Virus record (IMG/VR): IMGVR_UViG_3300028883_000010
Span: 1-59,339 of that record
Length of the DNA: 59,339 nucleotides
Reading direction: 5' to 3' (one strand)
Source: a virus
Taxonomy: Duplodnaviria; Caudoviricetes
A program made the position numbers and the translations under genes. Shown piece by piece: positions 56,582 to 59,339 of the stretch. Below the pieces are notes generated by a model. That model saw nothing but the letters and a program-made list of their open reading frames with translations. It had not been told where the DNA came from and ran no database searches. The stretch's first letter is position 1. Each line of letters opens with the position of its first letter.

Positions 56582-57250
56582 ATGACACTGAGCGAACTCA
56601 TTGAGAGCGTTCAGGACGCTATCCAGGACGATGGCTATACGAGCACGGTCCTGACTACCCTGATAAACCGGACGATTAAAAAAATCGCCCGCGGGGTGGC
56701 CATGCCGGGCAAGTATAGCCTGAGTCCGCCGCTTCCGTCGCTCTACACCGCAGGCGATGTTGAAACGACAGCCACCGGCATCATTTCTTTACCGCCGGAT
56801 TATTCCCGGCCGGCGAACATGGTTGTCGATTCTGACGGCAAACTGATCACCATCAAGGATTCATTCAGGGATTTCATCAAGGTCTATGGGCGCGAGCTGA
56901 ACGCCGGCAGCCCGTATATTTGCACGTTTTACGGAAAGCGTTTGTTTTTCCGGGACGTGCCGGCAGCCGCGGAAACCCTGACGGTTCATTATTACAAGAA
57001 CCCGGAACCCCTAGAAGATGACGCCGACGAGCCCGAGGACATCCCCGAGGAGCTCCAGGATGAGCTCATCGTGTCCGATGTTGCCGGATACATCTACAAC
57101 CTGATTGAGGACGGCATGGACGGGCAGAAGGTCAACACGCAGAACTATCTCAACCGGTTCAATGCGGGCCTTTTCGCGCTGGAGCTGCTGCTTGGCGAAG
57201 ACGGGGAGCCGATCGAATACGACGACGACTCAGCGGGGTACATACCATGA
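56582..57250 (+). CDS. Head-tail adaptor protein
   Basis: MTLSELI..V, LP.DY, LTVHYYKNP..L..D.DEP..IPE. Confidence 0.7.
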   Translation: MTLSELIESVQDAIQDDGYTSTVLTTLINRTIKKIARGVAMPGKYSLSPPLPSLYTAGDVETTATGIISLPPDYSRPANMVVDSDGKLITIKDSFRDFIKVYGRELNAGSPYICTFYGKRLFFRDVPAAAETLTVHYYKNPEPLEDDADEPEDIPEELQDELIVSDVAGYIYNLIEDGMDGQKVNTQNYLNRFNAGLFALELLLGEDGEPIEYDDDSAGYIP

Positions 57251-58155
57251 ACCCGATTATCGTTTTTGCCGGCGCCACAGGCCTGAATACGGTAGCTGAT
57301 CCGGTCCGGGTGCCCTTCCAGAAAAACGGCATTACCGACCTGCAGGCGGCCGTGAACGTCTCCATTGACAAAACGTTGAGGGTCAACCGGCGCCGCGGCC
57401 TCAACCTGCTGCAGGCCGGCAGTTACCACAGCCTTTTTTGTGACGGCGGAGACGCCTTCGTCTGTTCGGCTGCCGGCGCCATTTACCGGATCGGGCCGGA
57501 TCTTTCCTTGCAAGGAGTCCGATCCGGGCTCACGGCCGGCGCCCGGGTGTCTTTTGTTCAGGTAGGGGATTACACATATTACGCCAATGGCCACGAGCGC
57601 GGACGCATCAAGGACGGTGTGTCCTATGCCTGGGCAGAAGGCACCTACACCGGACCGACCACAAACCGGCAGTTTTTCGGCCCCATGTCCGGCCATCACC
57701 TGGCCTGGGCTTTTTCCAGGATGTTCATTGCCGAAGACAACGCTGTTTGGTGGAGTGAGCCCTACAATAATGATCTTTTCAACCTGGCGGAATCTTTCGC
57801 CCCTTTCAACACCAAAGTTTTGATGGTCAAGCCCGTAGATGACGGGTTGTTCGTATCGACGTCAAAGAACACCTATTTCCTGGCCGGCAAAAAGCCCCGG
57901 GAATTTGTCGCCCAAAAGGTGGCGCCTTATCCGGCCATCGAATGGAGCGACGCGACCGCCTATGTTCCTGGGGCAGATGTCGGGCTCAAGGATCCACGGC
58001 TTTGTGCGCTTTGGGCAAGCCCCGAAGGCGCCATCCTGGGCACGGCCGGCGGGAGCATCATCAATCTTAACAAAGACAAAATCGTTTATCCGGAGACCGG
58101 TCAAAAAGGGTTTGGCTGTCTCATTGGCTACAATTTTATTCATGGATTGGAGTAA
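57247..58155 (+). CDS. Tail nozzle/stabiliser beta-propeller protein
   Basis: GLNTV.DP, AVNV.ID...RRRG, WWSEP. Confidence 0.6.
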   Translation: MNPIIVFAGATGLNTVADPVRVPFQKNGITDLQAAVNVSIDKTLRVNRRRGLNLLQAGSYHSLFCDGGDAFVCSAAGAIYRIGPDLSLQGVRSGLTAGARVSFVQVGDYTYYANGHERGRIKDGVSYAWAEGTYTGPTTNRQFFGPMSGHHLAWAFSRMFIAEDNAVWWSEPYNNDLFNLAESFAPFNTKVLMVKPVDDGLFVSTSKNTYFLAGKKPREFVAQKVAPYPAIEWSDATAYVPGADVGLKDPRLCALWASPEGAILGTAGGSIINLNKDKIVYPETGQKGFGCLIGYNFIHGLE

Positions 58156-58160
58156 AAATC

Positions 58161-58886
58161 ATGGCTCTCAGACTTTCTACAGGATTGCGAAACGCAATGA
58201 TGGACAAAAAGGCAGAGGCGCTGAACCTGATTACCGGGACCACCATTTCCTTTGGTGACGGTACCGGGTCCAGCTCAAGGGATCAGATTCTTGATTCCGG
58301 TAATGGCCTGGGTGACTTCGTCGTCGGCGACAAGATCACCGTTGCAGGCTCGACCAGCAACAACGGCACGTTTGAAATCCTGGCGGTTGCCGCCGGCGCT
58401 ATCGAAGTGGCCGCCGGGTCCCTGGAGACCGAGGAGGATGGTGACCAGGTCATTCTTGCAGCTGCCCGCGGCGGCAGCTTTTCGGATCTTTTCCGACAGG
58501 GTGTCTTGCGGATCTTCACCGGCACGCAGCCGACGGATCCGGATGACGCCGAATCCGGCAGCCTTTTGGTGGAGATTTCACAGGGCTCCGCGGCCTTTGT
58601 GGCCGACACGCTCGCAAACGGCCTGAACTTCGGCGCTGTTTCCGAGGGCGCCATCGCCAAGGAAACCGGGGAGGTATGGTCCGGCGCGGCCAGTGCCACT
58701 GGTACGGCCGGATGGTTCCGGTTTTATGACAATGGCGTTGATACCGGGGCCAGCTCCACGGCCATCAGATTTGACGGCGCCATCGCTACCAGCGGGGCAC
58801 AGCTCAATATGTCCAATACCGCCATCACCAGCGGCGGGACCACGACCATTGACACCGTTGCTATCACCCTGCCGTATGCAGCGTAA
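58161..58886 (+). CDS. Virion tail-associated protein
   Basis: MALRLSTGLRN, IFTGTQP..PD.A..G.LL, GTAGWFR, RFDG. Confidence 0.65.
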   Translation: MALRLSTGLRNAMMDKKAEALNLITGTTISFGDGTGSSSRDQILDSGNGLGDFVVGDKITVAGSTSNNGTFEILAVAAGAIEVAAGSLETEEDGDQVILAAARGGSFSDLFRQGVLRIFTGTQPTDPDDAESGSLLVEISQGSAAFVADTLANGLNFGAVSEGAIAKETGEVWSGAASATGTAGWFRFYDNGVDTGASSTAIRFDGAIATSGAQLNMSNTAITSGGTTTIDTVAITLPYAA

Positions 58887-58948
58887 TTAATTCTTATACT
58901 TATCCCCGGGGGGCCTAAGAGCCTCCCCGGGGTGTAAGGGGTCCCCGT

Positions 58949-59339
58949 ATGGCCATTACTTTAGTAGGATCAGATACAATAAAAGCCAACTGTACGGTGT
59001 CAGGAAACTATTCTAGTTTTTATGGCTATAAAGCTTGGAATGGCACTTTAACAGACAGTGATGATACCTGGCTTTCAGACTCCGATGGTCCACAATCTGA
59101 CGGCTCTTGTTGGATTCAATGGGATTTTCTTAGTGCCGTTTCAGTTGCGTCTTTTATTTTTTGGGCCAGAAATGGGGGCTCTCAAAATGGCTTTCCTGAT
59201 AGCATTAAAGTTTTAGGAAGTGATACAGGAAGCTTTTCAGGAGAAGAGACCAATTTAGGGACATATAATTGTTCTCAGCCATCAGGGGCAGGTGAGCCCT
59301 GTAATGCTGTTGAGATAACTTCTCCGGCAGCTTTTCGTT
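58949..59339 (+). CDS. 5' part of receptor-binding/tail fibre protein (discoidin F5/8C-like N-terminal domain); continues at position 1
   Basis: ATG 58949, MAITLVGSDTIKANCTVSGNYSSFYGYKAWNG...WLS...CWIQWDF...FPDSIKVLGS... is open to the end and joins frame 1 (AFRYYRVQIL), giving about 1477 aa in total. Confidence 0.8.
   Translation, partial: MAITLVGSDTIKANCTVSGNYSSFYGYKAWNGTLTDSDDTWLSDSDGPQSDGSCWIQWDFLSAVSVASFIFWARNGGSQNGFPDSIKVLGSDTGSFSGEETNLGTYNCSQPSGAGEPCNAVEITSPAAFR
59309..59339. repeat. Terminal direct repeat (circular overlap), copy 2
   Basis: Identical to positions 1-31. Confidence 0.95.

Larger units (their letters stand above)
1..59339. mobile_element. Complete temperate tailed phage (podovirus-like; no tape measure or tail tube gene seen), excised/circular form
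   Basis: Terminase, portal, capsid, integrase with intact attP, cI/cro, replication and lysis modules; circular overlap. Confidence 0.9.

Noticed and set aside
58905-58932. Hairpin before the tail fibre gene as a terminator
   Set aside because: Strong GC stem but no U-tract; more likely an mRNA stability or processing element
1-59339. Genome-wide UGA reassignment
   Set aside because: Many genes end cleanly in TGA, including ssb after DDDIPF and several ATGA overlaps

Overview
Apparently complete, circular temperate podovirus-like phage genome (first 31 nt = last 31 nt, and one ORF reads through the junction). Modules: (i) late operon with terminase, portal, scaffold, major capsid, adaptor/nozzle and a low-GC, internally duplicated receptor-binding protein; (ii) a 5347-aa polyvalent, probably injected, DarB-like protein (Acb1-like 2H phosphoesterase, GGDEF-like domain, N6-adenine MTase, Strawberry-notch SF2 helicase, HEXXH peptidase, other domains); (iii) lysis genes; (iv) attP (3' half of tRNA-Thr(CGT)), tyrosine integrase and Xis; (v) early-left recombination genes (MBL nuclease, RecT-like, SMC-like ATPase); (vi) lambdoid immunity region (cI/cro, three AGGACA-N3-TGTCCT operators); (vii) replication genes with iterons, SSB, antirepressor, MazG, Tad1-like sponge and RusA. 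Most notable: a well-formed gene overprinted in the +1 frame inside a linker of the giant protein (plus a weaker second case); an acr-aca-like counter-oriented operon with its own promoter, twin palindromic operators and a terminal HTH gene; an HNH gene missing from the ORF track with an in-frame UGA at a CxxC cysteine (possible selenocysteine); a repressor that looks non-cleavable; and a 10-bp-phased repeat array upstream of the late operon. All family assignments come from motif recognition, not database searches.
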